From positions 25,978,001-26,042,000 of the forward strand of contig OZ241831.1 of the NCBI GenBank assembly GCA_965202585.1: a DNA stretch of 64,000 bases, given 5' to 3'. The position numbers and the translations under genes were made by a program. Every line of letters starts with the position of its first letter. Position 1 is the stretch's first letter. The stretch comes from Thalia democratica (Eukaryota). This document shows, piece by piece, positions 1-14,000 of this stretch. A model generated the notes under the pieces. The model saw only the letters and a program-made list of their open reading frames with translations, had not been told where the DNA came from and did no database searches.

Positions 1-367
1 TGTTCTTATAAAACACCCAATAAATTACGTATATTGTAAACCAAACCTCATTTTTAAGTTAAATTAAAATTTTAAGTCAAACTTTATATCACGTACAAAT
101 TTAAAAGCTACAAATTCCAATAAGTTATACAAAAATTAACTGTAAAAAAATCAAGTTTTCTTGGACTGCTAATTAAAAAGCTACTTATAAAGTATTTAAA
201 CTTATAGGTCAGTTGCTAGTGAACACGATTAAAATGATATAATTTTATTCTAATTTACAAGTTAATAAACTATTAAATAGTCTAAAATTTTCTTATTAAA
301 TGTAAAGGTTTTATTATTACGTAATTTTTATGTGTTATTTTACTTTAAACTGTTAAAAAAATAAAAG

Positions 368-3300
368 ATGACTGAGTTAAATGAAAACTTTCCGGAAAAC
401 TCTTCAGAAAGCTCTCCTTTGCCCAGTTCTTCAACTTTCAATGAAGCCATCAATGTGACAGAGAACTCATCTCAACAAACAACCAATGCAGATTCCACTC
501 AAAAGCGCTCAACTCGATCGCAATCTAGGTACCAAAAACGACTAGAACAAAATGAAGAAGACGACAAAAAGTGGGAAGGTCCTCCCTGGAAAAACTTACC
601 ACATGTAGCGCTTGTCAATGTGTTTAAGTTTTTACCCGAAGATGATCGTTTAGAAGCGCAGTTTGTTTGCAGACGTTGGTATGATCTAATCAGAAACACA
701 CCTTGTATTTGGCGGGTAAAATATTTCAAGTTTTCCGGTCGTAACAAAAGAGATTTAACTCATTCACCATATAGATTCGCGACGCACTTCATAAAAAACT
801 TTGGCCACTTTATCAAAAAACTTGAATTTCGTTTGTACAGTCCTATTTCGTCGAGTGTTTGTAAAAAGTTTCAAAAGTCAATAAAAGTTTCTCTAAATCA
901 GCTAACAAAGGTCGAATGCAAATTAGAAGAACTTTCTTTGCCTCTCCTCCAGCTTGATAGATCTCATTGGGCGCAGCACCGAGAAGAAATGTGCAGTTCT
1001 TTAGCTAAGTTTTTCAAAAACAGCAAAGGAAGCCTACAAAGAGTTTACCTTAGGGGAGCCAGAGTAAACGAAGATGAAGGCTTTAACATTCTAAATTCCC
1101 TTGGGTGCAACGCGGGAAATACAGTTGATCAATTAGACATTGAAGACTTTTACAACTGTGGACGTCCTGTTTATCAGCAAACAAAGTTTAGCAGTTGTTT
1201 TAAATATTTTAATCGACTGTATGAGCTCGACATTAACTACAGCTACATATCAAACAAGCTTCTAGATACTCTCTCGGACAGTCTCAAGTTTGGTAGTTTG
1301 AAGTATATGTACATCAAAGTTAGCCCGCACGAAGAAAGATGTCAGCTTATCAGGCCGCAATCGTGGCGAAGATTGAAAGACGAGTGTCCAAAACTAAAAG
1401 TAAAATTGATGTTCTTGCGTGTTATGACTTACAGCGACCATTATAGAATTCTTTGCCCTGAAATACCATTAAACCAGGTAATGAAAACTAAGCTGTAGAA
1501 AATATTTTTTTTTGCTTTTAAATAAGTTTCGTGCAAAATGTAATTAAATTACAACAGTTGCTTAAAAAATACATTAAAGTTACTTTGGCAAATTAGGGGA
1601 AAATGTTAATACGTCAGGTCTATTAGCTTTATCAAACTAGAGACTTGTCCGATAAGTTTTGTCTTGAAATATCGTTAAATCAACTTTTAACGCACACGGT
1701 AAAAGATAGCAAAAGCACGTAGGAATATAACCTCACTGAAAAATAGCTTTAACTGCTTTTAACAACAAAAAATCAATAAAAAGAATTGTTTATGACTAAT
1801 AAAGTTGTTTGTCTGAACTAAAAAATATTGTTGTAATGTTAATAGCTTATTTAAATAATAGTATTAGTGCAAGTTAAATATTTTCTTCACAACCAGGTTT
1901 TGGATGTAAAATATTTATAGATAAGCAACATTATCAACTGCAACTTACTACTTTATTGTACTTGACAAAATCGTAATTTTTTTACTAACGAAACCTGGTA
2001 GTGAATAAAATTTACACTTATATTATTATGTAATTATAATAACATTATTTTTATAATATTATACGTTTATAACAAAAAATTATAGCTACTTTTATCTGTT
2101 TGAAAAGTTGATGTTTTGTCAATAAACGTATATTAAACTTGTGTCTTACTACTTAATAAATACTATTTATTAACACTTTTTAGTTTTTGTATTGCATATT
2201 CTTTGTTGGTTTGCTACATATAGTATTCTTAAGAGATAAAAAGTTATTTTACGGAAGACACAAACAGTTTCAAAATCCAATAAAAACATTTTTTATTGAT
2301 ATCTCAATTAAAACTGATAAAATTATCAAACTCTTGGTAATTGAGAAAAATTATAAAATTCTAATATATAAACTCTTAATTACTAAGAAAGAATCGGACA
2401 AAAAAAGAAAAAAAAGTTTTAAATTGTTTTTGTTTATTACTATGAGCTTATAATGCTAAATATCTGCAAAAAGTTTCAAACGTTTATACATTCTGTATAA
2501 AAGTTTACTTTGGACAAGGTTCAAATTATCTTATTTTTATAAAATGAACAGTTCATTATTATTCTTATATGTTTGTTTCTAGTAGCAAGTATTGCATTTG
2601 GAACCAAGTTGCATAAAATACAGTGGTTATTTAGATTTTATTATTCATCTGACTTTAAATAAAACAACAGCATACAAAAACTTACTGTAAATGTGGTTTC
2701 AATTTTTTTTTGATAATAAAACGAAACTACTTAAACTTAAAAATCGTTTAATATAGTTTATCTGTAAGTATTATAAGTATTTAGATGAGGTATAACTATT
2801 AAAAATAGAAATTTAAATGTTTTCTAATAAAGATCTTAGCGAAACAAGTTCACTAGAATATATAATAAATACAAATTTAAACAGCACTCTTTCTTTATTA
2901 CACTAACACAAGTTTCTGTGTGTTAACATGTTAACACACTTCAACGGAGCTATGAAGTTTAAGAAATACTGTTATGAGGTATATCTAGATTTATTTAATT
3001 TTTGATAAAGGTTACTTTTGATGGGTGTTACTATGCGGATAGGGACTGGCAGATTTGTCCAACAATTACGAGTTTGCTCCCAAACTTCAAAGAAACGCTT
3101 GAAAGATTATACCTTGGTTGGTTTAAACTATATTTTACTTATTGTAGCTTCACGTAGTTATAGATCACAAGTACAATATTATGACAAAATCTTAAAAATA
3201 TGTTGACCTATTAATACAGTTTTAAGAACTAATCTAATTTAATACTGTTACTTTACGTTATTCATAAATTTAATTTCTTAAAAATTAAATTCAAAAAATT

Positions 3301-6300
3301 ACTAAAAATTCAATTGTTACTAACATATTAAGTTAAGAAAAACTTAAATAGAGCAATGTTTAATAAACGAGTTTAATAACTATTTAAATACAAAACTCCA
3401 ATTTATTATGACAACCTTTCTTTATTAAAAGCATTTAGGTTTTTTTTGTTATTTCTAATTATTTTGAAATGTTTTTTACACTGTTTACATTTCGATAATA
3501 AAGATACTTTTATAGAGTGTAAAGTTCACATTCTCTATTAATTGGTTAGAAAAGTTTTAAGCACACAGTTTAGTTTGTACAACATAAGTATGCTATGCAA
3601 AAAACAACTATCTAAAATTTTATATACTTAACATAGAAAATAAGGCTTAACAGTTTTTTTGTTTCAATAATGTAAGAAATCTAAAGTTCATGTCCAGTAG
3701 TTAAGTATAATAAACTAGTGTTAAGTATTTTGAATCGTACATAAGTCAAACTTTATTTTAAGGTTTATGTATTTCTAATTTTTCAACAGAAATACAACAG
3801 TCTAGTCTTTTGTCAAAGTAATTTACTCGCTCTAGCTTTTTAAACTACGCAGTATAGTCAAAAGTAGTTTTGCCATGTTGATTAAACAATACGTAAAACT
3901 AGTTGAGTTGCATATATATTCTCGTTACACTTAGCTAAAAGTTTTATCAGGTTATGATTATCTGTAAAAAGTTTTTAGTTAAGTTTTAAATTTAGTTAAG
4001 TTATTCATTGTAATTGTAATTTTAACCGGCATTTAATTTTTGTCAGCAATGTTTTTATTATTTCAAGTAACCAAAGTTATGATTAAAAGTTATAACTGTA
4101 GCAAAACCATAAACCTTCTGGTTTACTTATTTTTATAATAGTCTGGTCAATCGTAATAAATAATGTGAATAAATTTCAACAAAACAAGTGCTCTTAATCA
4201 ATATTTATGTTGCATTTGTTTATTTTTAAATACTTTTGTAACAAATATGATTTTATTCAAGTACACAATTGGTTTCCACTTATTAATGTTTTCTAGAGTA
4301 AACTCTGATTTTGCAAACACTATATACCTTATTATAAAATCTTAGTTAACCAAAAAACGATAATTGAAAAGTATGCTTATATTTAAAACGATACCTTCGT
4401 TTTCATAAAAAAACAACAAATCTAAAAACTAAAAATAGGTTATAAATATATTTTCTAAATCAATGTAATGTTGAAGAGTTTAGTTGTAATTAGAACTATC
4501 ATTTTATTATTCACCTAAAATATAAAAATATTAGATTTGAACACAGATCTACCTGACACCAGAGAAAGGTTTGAAAAAGAATTGCTAAGTTTTATTTCAA
4601 GTTGCAGTAAGCTGACTGACATCAAAGTAAATGCTTTTATCACAACAAAATTCTTAGAGAACCTGCTTCAGTTAAAGGAAGACGGAAAATGCAGCTACAA
4701 ATACTTAAAGGTAACAAAAAATTAAAACTATATAGTTTTTAAGATGATAAGTTTAAAAATGTTCAAAAAAAATCAAACTTTTTTAAAATGCTAATAAGGA
4801 ATATTTAAATTTAAGTAAAAAGTGTATAATTGAAATGAAAAAAACATATTTACAATTCAGATAATTTATTATAGTCTTTTAGTAAATTGTTAAAAACCTA
4901 AATTGCTACCAAAATTTTGAATAAAAGCTTTGCAAAGTTTTTATTCATAAATATATCCAAAACAGATTCATTGCTTCACACATTTTTAATGATAAGAAAA
5001 TTTCTTTAAACAAATACTAAAGTATACTTTTAAGACATAGTCTTTGGTGTTTATCAAAGAGATAAAGATAATTAAAACAAAAGTTATACTAAGTTTATTG
5101 CTTTACAAGTGTTTCTCGCAAACGCGATGGTCACAAGCAAGTAAACTGAAAGTATCAATGGATAAACACTTCATATAGTTTTAGCTAGGTAATTAGATAA
5201 TTAAGTGAATTTAAATGAATTTAAGTAAAAATAATTAAAATTAACATAAAATACAACAATAACAAAAATACAATAGATAGAAGCAAAATTACAAAGTATC
5301 TAATAAAAACAATAGTAGGTGAATTAAACTTAGATCTAAATAATCGCTAACCAGGGTGTTCAACTTATACAAAGTTAGGGGCCTGGTTTATAACGAAACG
5401 TGCGCTTCAACTTGTATAAGCGATATCCCTTAGATAACAATTGAACTATAGTTGATGTTAGACTAATATGACTTACTTACTATTTACTAAAGGTTTTATA
5501 GATAAATTACTTATACTACTGTTAAACGTAATTCGAGTCTGTGGTGATTAAATGTATTTACAATGAAATTGCGAAACGAAAAGATTATAAAATACTGTAA
5601 AACATAAAACAAATAAATCGAATTATTAATTCTTTTAAAAGACTAAAATACAAGAATCAAAGAAGCTGAAAACTAAGTGGTCGTTCAAACTAAACTCATA
5701 AAGCAATATAAAAGCGAACTAAATTCGATTAAACAAGATCGAAACCATTCACAATTAAATGCAGCGAAAAGTCGTAATGGGCTAAAGCTAACTGCGACGC
5801 AGCAAAAACTAAAAAGTCATTCTCAAACGCGTTCGTTAAATTTATAGGAAGCTTGAGAGAAGAGAAGAAAAGAAATAAGATGACACTTACCCCTATAGCG
5901 GTACAAAACAATTAAGATCTCAAATTAAATTTGGTGAAATGTCTACATTTTCTAACTAACTCTGATCTCAGATTTCAAGTTGTTATCTGCAAATTCAATT
6001 TCAAGTCTCTCCAAATTGCAGAGAGTGCAAATTTTTCCTTGTCTATTTTGATTTGTACAATGAACAATCTCCAATTTGATTATATTTTTCCAATTGATGT
6101 TATCTTTTTTGATTTTGTGGATGAACATACTTAATCTTGTACTTTCCTTTATTAAATAGATGCTCTCTGTGTGTTTAAATCAAGAAGTAAAACAAGAGTT
6201 CATGTTCTAAAATGCATAATCATTTTTTTATTAAAAATGACTAAAATACACTTAACTTTACTAAGAAAGTCAAAATTATATTGTAACACCATTACTTTTG

Positions 6301-7603
6301 AGTGTATCTAATTGAAAAAAATTTCAATTGCGATCGTCAGCTGTTTTTTTAATGTTTAACACTTTTTCTGTAAAACTTAGGTTAAAGTTTTTAAGTTTAC
6401 TTATAAAAAGATAGAAAACAAAAAAGTTTATCGACCAAAGGTTAAAACTTTAATTTGTAAAAACTTATTAAGTTTGGCATAGTCCTTTAGATTGTAATAA
6501 TTAGTTGTATGTACAGTGTACATACTCTTAAAAACTAAAGTTTTGTTAATTAGGGGCGTGAAAAATCGTTTATAACCTAGCTAGAGTTAAGCAAGTTTCA
6601 AGTTTTATGTTATTCAAAAAAAGTTTCTACATTGTCTAAAACTGTAGCGCAGACAGCTTAAAAGTTACAACCTTCTTTATTCGATATGCACTCTAAAATT
6701 TGGCTATTAGTTGTAACCGAGGTTACGGCAGACAATTTTTTTACTAACCATATAACATTCAACTGAGATTGCTCTCATTGCTGCTTTGGTTGCTGTCTTA
6801 AACTCAATGGTACTTCAGGTTTAAAGTATGTGAAGTTTAAATAATTCAGGTAAAACCAGTCGTTAAGGTATTGCAAATTATAAAAAATTAATGGGTTTAA
6901 GCACGGTGAATACTTCGATCACTCCGAGTAACGTCTGCAGCTCGTCAACCTGTCAAGAACACTCACTCAGCTGTAGCCATGCCAACGATTGTTTTTGTTT
7001 GTAGGGATATAATTAAACTTCTGCCCTGACAACCTCTTATAGTTGACTTAAAGCTGCCCGGACTTGTTAACCACATAGAAATACTGCATTGTATTTGTTA
7101 TCACTAACTGCTAATTAGTATACTCGAACATTGGTTTTTAACTATATTAAATTGGGATATGGTAATTCAAACAGTGTACTTAAGAAAGTGTAATGATTTT
7201 TGCAAGTTGTATTAAAGGAATGCGGTTGCTTTGAAATGTTTTAATACTTAACGTGACCAGAAAACAAAAAGTTTTGATAAACTTCTATAGAAAATACAAC
7301 TATAAGTACTCTAAAATAAAGCTTAGCAGATTTTAAGAACAATAACACTTATTATGAAATCAAAAAGTATAGCAAAATTGTTTTCAATTTTTAAAGTTAT
7401 TCAGTTTTTTTTCTTCCACTTTATATAAGGTAGCCAGTTTAAGTTCAAACTGTTTTTCAATTTCACTACAGATTCGAATTTATGTTCAAGATTATGATAC
7501 TTCAACGGAAGATAGGCAGTTAGAGCTAATATACGATAAGTTTCGGGATTTAATTCACTCACAGTTAGATGACTACTATGCAGTTTGCTGTGTTTCAATT
7601 TAA
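368..7603 (+). CDS. FBXO39: F-box only protein 39 (F-box plus LRR-like repeats), 4 coding exons, about 507 aa
   Basis: Exons 368-1477, 3011-3116, 4535-4710 and 7472-7603 (TAA); GT-AG introns in phases 0/1/0. F-box WKNLPHVALVNVFKFL..DRLEAQFVCRRW. Motifs FSGR, LQLDRSHW, LRGARV, LDIEDF, RILCPEIP and last exon IRIYVQDYDTSTEDRQLELIYDKFRDLIHSQL are collinear with vertebrate FBXO39 as I recall it. Confidence 0.9.
1952..2009 (+). ncRNA. Decayed minimal type I hammerhead motif (U3-A8 core) in FBXO39 intron 1
   Basis: tttattgtac-TTGACAA(1962-1968)-...-GAAAC(1990)-CTG-GTA-gtgaataaa. Helix I pairs with one bulge; helix II is poor. The same core and helix III recur at 26051. Confidence 0.45.
5092..5147 (-). 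ncRNA. Minimal type I hammerhead ribozyme with G3-C8 core
   Basis: Minus strand: agttta-c-ttgctt GTGACCA tcgc-gttt-gcga GAAAC actt GTA^aagcaa-taaact. Helix I is 6+6 bp, helix II is a perfect 4 bp, and the cleavage triplet is GUA. Confidence 0.8.
5092..6200 (-). mobile_element. Penelope-like retroelement 3' remnant (GIY-YIG C-terminus, T-rich 3' UTR, hammerhead) in FBXO39 intron 3
   Basis: Minus strand about 6150-5915 translates, with a frameshift, to STRLSMFIHKIKKDNINWK...ICTLCNLERLEI.../NLRSELVRKCRHF. This resembles the remnant at 13.4-13.8 kb. Linkage to the ribozyme about 780 bp downstream is inferred. Confidence 0.65.
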
Positions 7604-10600
7604 GAAAATCAACAGAATAAATAACTTTAACAATCATTTTAATAGTTGTATTTTAATACATACTTGTGCTTAAATTTAATAAAACAGATAAATATTTAAA
7701 GTTAAAATAAATTATTGTTTCTTAGTTTTAACTAGTTTCAAAATAAATGTTTTCTATCACTAAAATAGATGACTAACGTACTATATTTTTACAAAACGTT
7801 TTTTTCTATACACTTATTGTTTGTTTCATTTAAAAAGTGTAGCTACTGTTGTAATAATTTTATGACATAATTTTATTATCATTTTATTAAAAACAGACTC
7901 TATTTCCCATACTTTTTAATAGAAGCCACTAGTTTGTTTTAATACTTTACTTTTTAAAAGATTAGAACATTAAAAAAAAAACTGCTTTATAACGTTCTAC
8001 ATAAAAAGAAGAAGATAATTTTACTAATTCGGTTCAAGTAAAACTATACTTTACGTCTTTTTTTTTTTCAATTTTCGAACGAAAAATGGTAAACTTCATT
8101 CTTTAGCAAAAATGCTTGTACAATGCTTTGTTGAGCTTCTGAGAACTTATTACAACTTAATTTGTTCATCAAGGTATGTACAGTTTTATTTTTATTACGC
8201 TTATAAATATAAGAAATTAATTTATTCATATGGACAAACAAAACAATAGCTTTCATGAATATTAACTAGGCGAAGCCTAAGAACTAGTAGCTTGCAATTT
8301 AAAAATGAAATCTAATAAAAAAGTAGATAAAACGTTTTTTCTAATCAAAACATGCTCAGTTTATCAAGTTAGGTTAAAACTACTACTTTTACGTTTCTTA
8401 TTTGTAATAAACAATTATAAATCAAAATTTATATAACTTATGATCTTTATAAAATTTTTCATTTAAAATTTATTCATAACTACAAACTTTTATTTAAGTT
8501 TTTATAATAAACTAGTTTTTAAACTATTCTATAACTTTAGATAAGCTAGTATCAAAGAAAAAAGTACAACAATTGTTAATAATTAAATTTTAATTCGATA
8601 ATTCAAATGTTGCTCAAGAGATTTGTGTCCTTAAATCATTTTTTGTAAAGTGTATAGTTGTAAAAGTTTCATGTTAAACTGCAACTATTTTAAAATAAAC
8701 ATTTGCATTACACGTTAATAATAGTTCATAAAGATAAAGTAAATAAGTTTTGATAAATTCAAAAACTGTTATGCTAATAGTTGATAAACAAAAAGTAATC
8801 TAATTTTTTTAAGAATAGGATAAAAAAATATTAGTTTCAAGAGGTAATTAACAAATTTAAAATTTGTTTCAATCTTGTTTTATTTAAAAACTTAAATTTA
8901 AATACTTTCATTAAAAAAACCTAAGTACATTTGAAGCTAGTAAATAGAAAGATACTGAAGTTTTAGAGAGAAAGTTACTACTTATCATTATTATTATTCA
9001 GAGCTAAAAGTATAAATTGTAATTAACTTAAAATAAAATATCAAAAAAAAAAATTTGAAAGCAAATAATTACTAGTTAGGCAAAACTTAGCAAAACTACA
9101 TTTTAGATAAATCGATAGTTTTATGTACCAAACTAGTAGAAACTTAGTTTATTTTTAAATAAAAGCAGTAAATTTAGCTGTTACAAATTAAACTTAACTT
9201 ATAAACTACTATAAAGTTAAAATAAAATAGTTTATTCAGTTTCCTTGTCAACAAATTTAAATTTTAAACTAATTATTTATTTGTAACCTTAGCTAGGAAC
9301 TGTATCACAAAATCAAAACAAAATTATACACTGACTTAATATTTTGTTAATTTTCATAAAATATTAACTTAAGTTTTGTATTAGTTTAAAAAAATGATTT
9401 TTGTGATACTTAGATTTCTTATTTAACTCATATACTTTTGTTAGATTAGCTGTGTTCTGGATAAACAGCTTTTTTAAAAAAAACTTCACACAAATTCTAT
9501 AATACTTGTAATTTTAATTTTTTGAAAATGGTTTGTTTCAAAAAATTTCGTTAAAAACAACTTTCAGCTCTATTACAGATGTTCAGTTGTTACACTTAAA
9601 ACCAGATGTATAATGTCACTTTGTACAACATAAATCCTAAGATTATTAACTACATTCAAATGATATAACTTTAGGGTTCTTAACTATTTTCAAAAAATTA
9701 AGATACAACCAGCATTATGTATATATAAAAGTTTAATTTTATATAAAAAACTATTTTCGGTTTCGACGCAAAATAGCGTTAGTTTCAAAGCAAATAAAGT
9801 TTATTAGCTGTATATTCTATAAAGTTTTTCAAGTATACATATTGTGACGTTTTAAATAAACTAACTTTAGTCATTCCATTTTGAAATATAATATTGTACA
9901 AGTAAGTTATTTCTTGATTTGTAATGTCTGGTCTTCTTTTTAGTTTTAGTTTAATTTTACTTTTAGTTATTGTTTTTTCGATGTTTAAAAAATATATACT
10001 GATTATTGAGAAAAAGTATGTCCCTTTCTTTTTTTTTAATGCTATTTTTTGAAATACCAATTTTGTTTGTTTTAAGCTACATAATTTACACGTTTTTTAA
10101 AGCCTAGAAAAATACAAAGTTAAAAAGAATATAAGCTGTGAGCAATATAAAAAAAAGCATTTTTACATAAAAATAATTTACAAATTGTAAAAGTTTCTAC
10201 CTTTTATATTTAGTTAATTATTTATTATTTTGTCAACTAAAAAAAAAGAAACAAATAAAAGTACTAAAAAGACTAATAAAAAGATATATATTTGTAAAAA
10301 CTATGATAAATATTCTTAAAACTAAAAAAGTGTATTACTATTTCGAAGTTATATATTTGTTGCTTGATTAATATAAAAATTATGTTTAAGTCTTTTGTAA
10401 AATAGTAAGTGCGTTATTAAGGTCATTAAAATAGTTTCAGATTTTATAATACTATTTTTAAATTAGTGTTACAGCTGCTTTAGTATAAGAAGTTAGGTTT
10501 TCGACACCTTTTCTCTATCTTTTCATACCAACTAAACAAATACTTTTTATAATTTAAGTTTAGTTAATTTTTAAAGTTAGTAAATAAACTTTCACGTTTT

Positions 10601-11034
10601 TTTTTGGTCACCGAGTTTTTTTTAATGTCTTTCAAAAACTAAACTTGATATCTTTTTATCAGCAGCAATAAAGTTATTTCAAAACTTAATTGTTTTCTTA
10701 CTTTGATCTATAGAATATATATAAACTTTGACACCAACTTAAACTATTTTTTGTATGTAGATAAGTTAAAAAAATATATTAATTAATCTATACAAAAACT
10801 TTAGAGCTGAATTATCATAAATTTATTCAACAGATTATTACTCAGCTACAAATTACATATCTTTAATCATAGTATATTTTTAAGCTTCCATTATGTTTGT
10901 TTTTTAATTTTTTTTAACTACAACTTCCTTTATCCCTAGAATTTTTTTAACGTCCTTATTAAAAAAGTAACATTTAAAAACCTAATAAACAAAACTTTAT
11001 AGATTTTTTGATTTATTTAAAAAAATCAGTAGAC

Positions 11035-14000
11035 ATGATTGACTTTGACTACATTTTATCAAAAATAAATCCTCTTGGACCTTACCAACTGTTTCTAGTT
11101 ATACTTGTTTATTGGCTTGCCATTCCTTCTCAAATGCACAATGTAGCATCTGTATTTATAGCTGCTAAGGAAGACTTTAGGTATACGATTGTTTTATGTT
11201 TTTTTTTAAACTCAACATGCAGCATAAAGAAGTACTAGAGAATATTTACTTCTATTTGTTTTTTTATAAGTGTTCTATTTTTTTCAAATTTATTTCAAGT
11301 AAAGTATACAAAAGTTTGAAATTTTAGTAGAGTATACAATGTTAAAAATAAAAGTATCCTAGTACCAACTTTTAAACTAATACTTGTTTTTCAAATTAGT
11401 ATTCAAACTTATATAAGCAAAATATACTCTTGCAATACGTTAGCACTTACATTACAAAATTCGTAGTAATATTTTATCATTACGCATGAGTTTGATAAAG
11501 TAGTACTCATCCTAAAACAAAAAATTTTTAATTTGACTAAAACAACAATTTTCTTAGACATTTTTAAACAATAACTATTTATTCAATACAACCAATGTAA
11601 AAATAATAGAAAAAAAGGAAGCTTTTTGAAATACTAAAAATACAATTAGGATTCATACTGCGTATAGTAACAAAAATAGAAAGTAGAACAATAAATTGAT
11701 GTTTTAAACTGTTTTATCTCCTAATTTATAATCGGTAAAGATACTAACTTGATTACTTGTTTAATTTTAGTTAAAAACTTGTTGTACATGAAAATTTATT
11801 ACAACTGATTCCAGCCGTGTATCTATTCAGAAATAACAACAACGTAAAAGAAGTCATTGAAAATATTGAATAAAACCTTCCTGTTGTGCATTTATAATTT
11901 TTTGCAAATTTATAGCATAATTATGCACATTGTAACTGTAAAGTAAAAAAGTAGTTAATGTGGTTAATACAACAACTTAATGGCAACAATATTTTTTTAA
12001 ATCTTGACATTTTCATCATAAAAAAAAATTAAAGACATCGATAAAAGCAGTTAGAATTTTTTTAAATATTAAGAAATAGTTATTGTGTTATTTTTCACTC
12101 GTAAGTTAAAAACTTTGTTTTTAAAACAGTTTTAACTCTATTTCACTTCACAAGCAAATAATGTCTTTTTATTTTATTTAAATTGCTTGTAAAAACAGAC
12201 CACAAAATATTAACCTTTTACTGACAAATTTTTAACATCTTGAAACTATAGCCTTAGCCTGTAAGAGCTTGTGTTCTAGTAAATTTTGTGATGAAATCAA
12301 ATATTATTTTCGAGTCATTATTTACTAACTTAAGACATCTAAAAAATTAGAACGGGTAAAATATGCATGAAAACACTTTGGTTCGAAGGGTCAAATATGC
12401 ACAAAGGGACACTTTTGCACGAAGACACTTTTACAAAAAGATATTTCTTCATTAAGACACTTTTGCACGAAAGTAAAAAATAAATAAATAATAATTTTGA
12501 AAATAATTCATAAAAACAAATTAGTAAAAAACACAAAAAAACAAAAATAAGTTACCGACCGTGGGTAAGGGTTAGGGGTAACAGTGATAGTGAAAATAAA
12601 GTATAAAAATAACTAATAATATAAAAATATATATATATATAACAATAATTAAAAAAATAAAAATGAAGAAGAAAAAAATAGTTACCGACCGAGGGTAAGG
12701 GTTAGGGGTAAAAGTGATAGCAAATTAAAATAAATGAAACATTTAAATAAACAAAAATAAGAATATTAAATAAAATGTTCAACCCGTGCAAAAGTGATCC
12801 TTCGTGCAAAATTTTCTTTGTAGAAAAGTGACCCTACGCGCAAATTTGACGCCGTGCAAAAAAGTTTTTTGTGCAAAAGTGTCCCTTCGTGCATATTTGA
12901 CACCAACCCCTAAAAACTAATCTTAAGATCATAAGTTTTATTTTTTCTTGTAACTTTTACCTATTAGCAAAAAACTTAAAAGTAGGTAGAACTTATAGAT
13001 AAAATAATGTAAAATGCATACAACAATTGGGTGTGCAATTTTTTTTTTGTATTTTTACAGCAACATTAACAAAAATTTCTCTACTAACAACATCTATAAT
13101 ATTACATCTCTATGTTATAAAAAGAAATTAACCTAAACAGTTTCAAAAACTTAACAACTTTATCTAATCTTAAGTAGAATATGTTTTTTTGTCTAAAAGA
13201 TACAACCTCCGCTTATATGTGGTCTAAATAGTTACAAGTATACTTTAGAAACATACCTAGAATGAAAACGAACGTATTTTCAACCTTTTTTGCTTTGTCG
13301 TGAAAAGACTCTGTTTTAGAAAACATGCACATGCATAAAAACGTACTTAAAAAGACTCATACGTATTCAATGTAAGAACTATTACAAGTCGGTTCTGTCA
13401 AAAATTAACATTATGTAATTTACAAAGCAGTTGTCTCATCTGAGAAAAATAAAGATATGTCATATATTGGATCCCCTCAAAGACCTTTCAAGAACAGATT
13501 ATACGAACATCGAACACCATTTCCTAAACCCAATAAAGAGAGGTCAATCAACTGCACACAACTCGCCAACTACATATGAAAATTGTATGAAAAAGACAAA
13601 AAATACACAATTAAATGGAATGTTAGGCAAATCAACAGAAAAAAAACAAACTTCATGTGCTCATTACGCAACCTAGAAAGATTATACACAGCAAATGTTA
13701 ACAAAAGAAAATCCTGAATAACAGAAATGAACTGGTTACACAGTGTCCTCATTACCCTAGGGAATACTTTTAGTTAATTTTTTTAGTCAAATTTATTTTT
13801 TGTTTCATGTCTTATTGCATTTACTTAGTTTATTTTATTTATTATTTTGTAATATCTATTTTTGTATTGTGTATATGTTTTTGCCTTGACTTACAACCTT
13901 TTTATAATTTTTTTTTTCTTTTTCTAAATCCCCTATAAAATTATTATTTTTTCATTTTTTCAAAGCTTAGTATATAAAAAAAAGTTATACGAACTAATTT

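Noticed and set aside
499-747. Minus-strand 82-aa ORF
   Set aside because: Antisense to FBXO39 exon 1 with no independent coding signal.
2918-2939. Perfect 22-bp palindrome gtgtgttaacatgttaacacac next to a minus-strand GAAAC
   Set aside because: The core and helix I do not fit a hammerhead; it is an isolated palindrome with no other support.
5110-5178. In-phase candidate last exon for FBXO39 (CFSQTRW...)
   Set aside because: No similarity to the FBXO39 C-terminus; the real exon is 7472-7603, and this GC-richer patch is explained by the minus-strand hammerhead.
7401-7637. Minus-strand 78-aa ORF with a vaguely FN3-like LNPETY
   Set aside because: It is the antisense shadow of FBXO39 exon 4, which fits the family on the + strand.
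13541-13620. In-frame TGA in the GIY-YIG frame as possible selenocysteine
   Set aside because: It falls at a YIWKL-type Trp position (TGG to TGA) in a copy that also has a frameshift, so it is ordinary decay.
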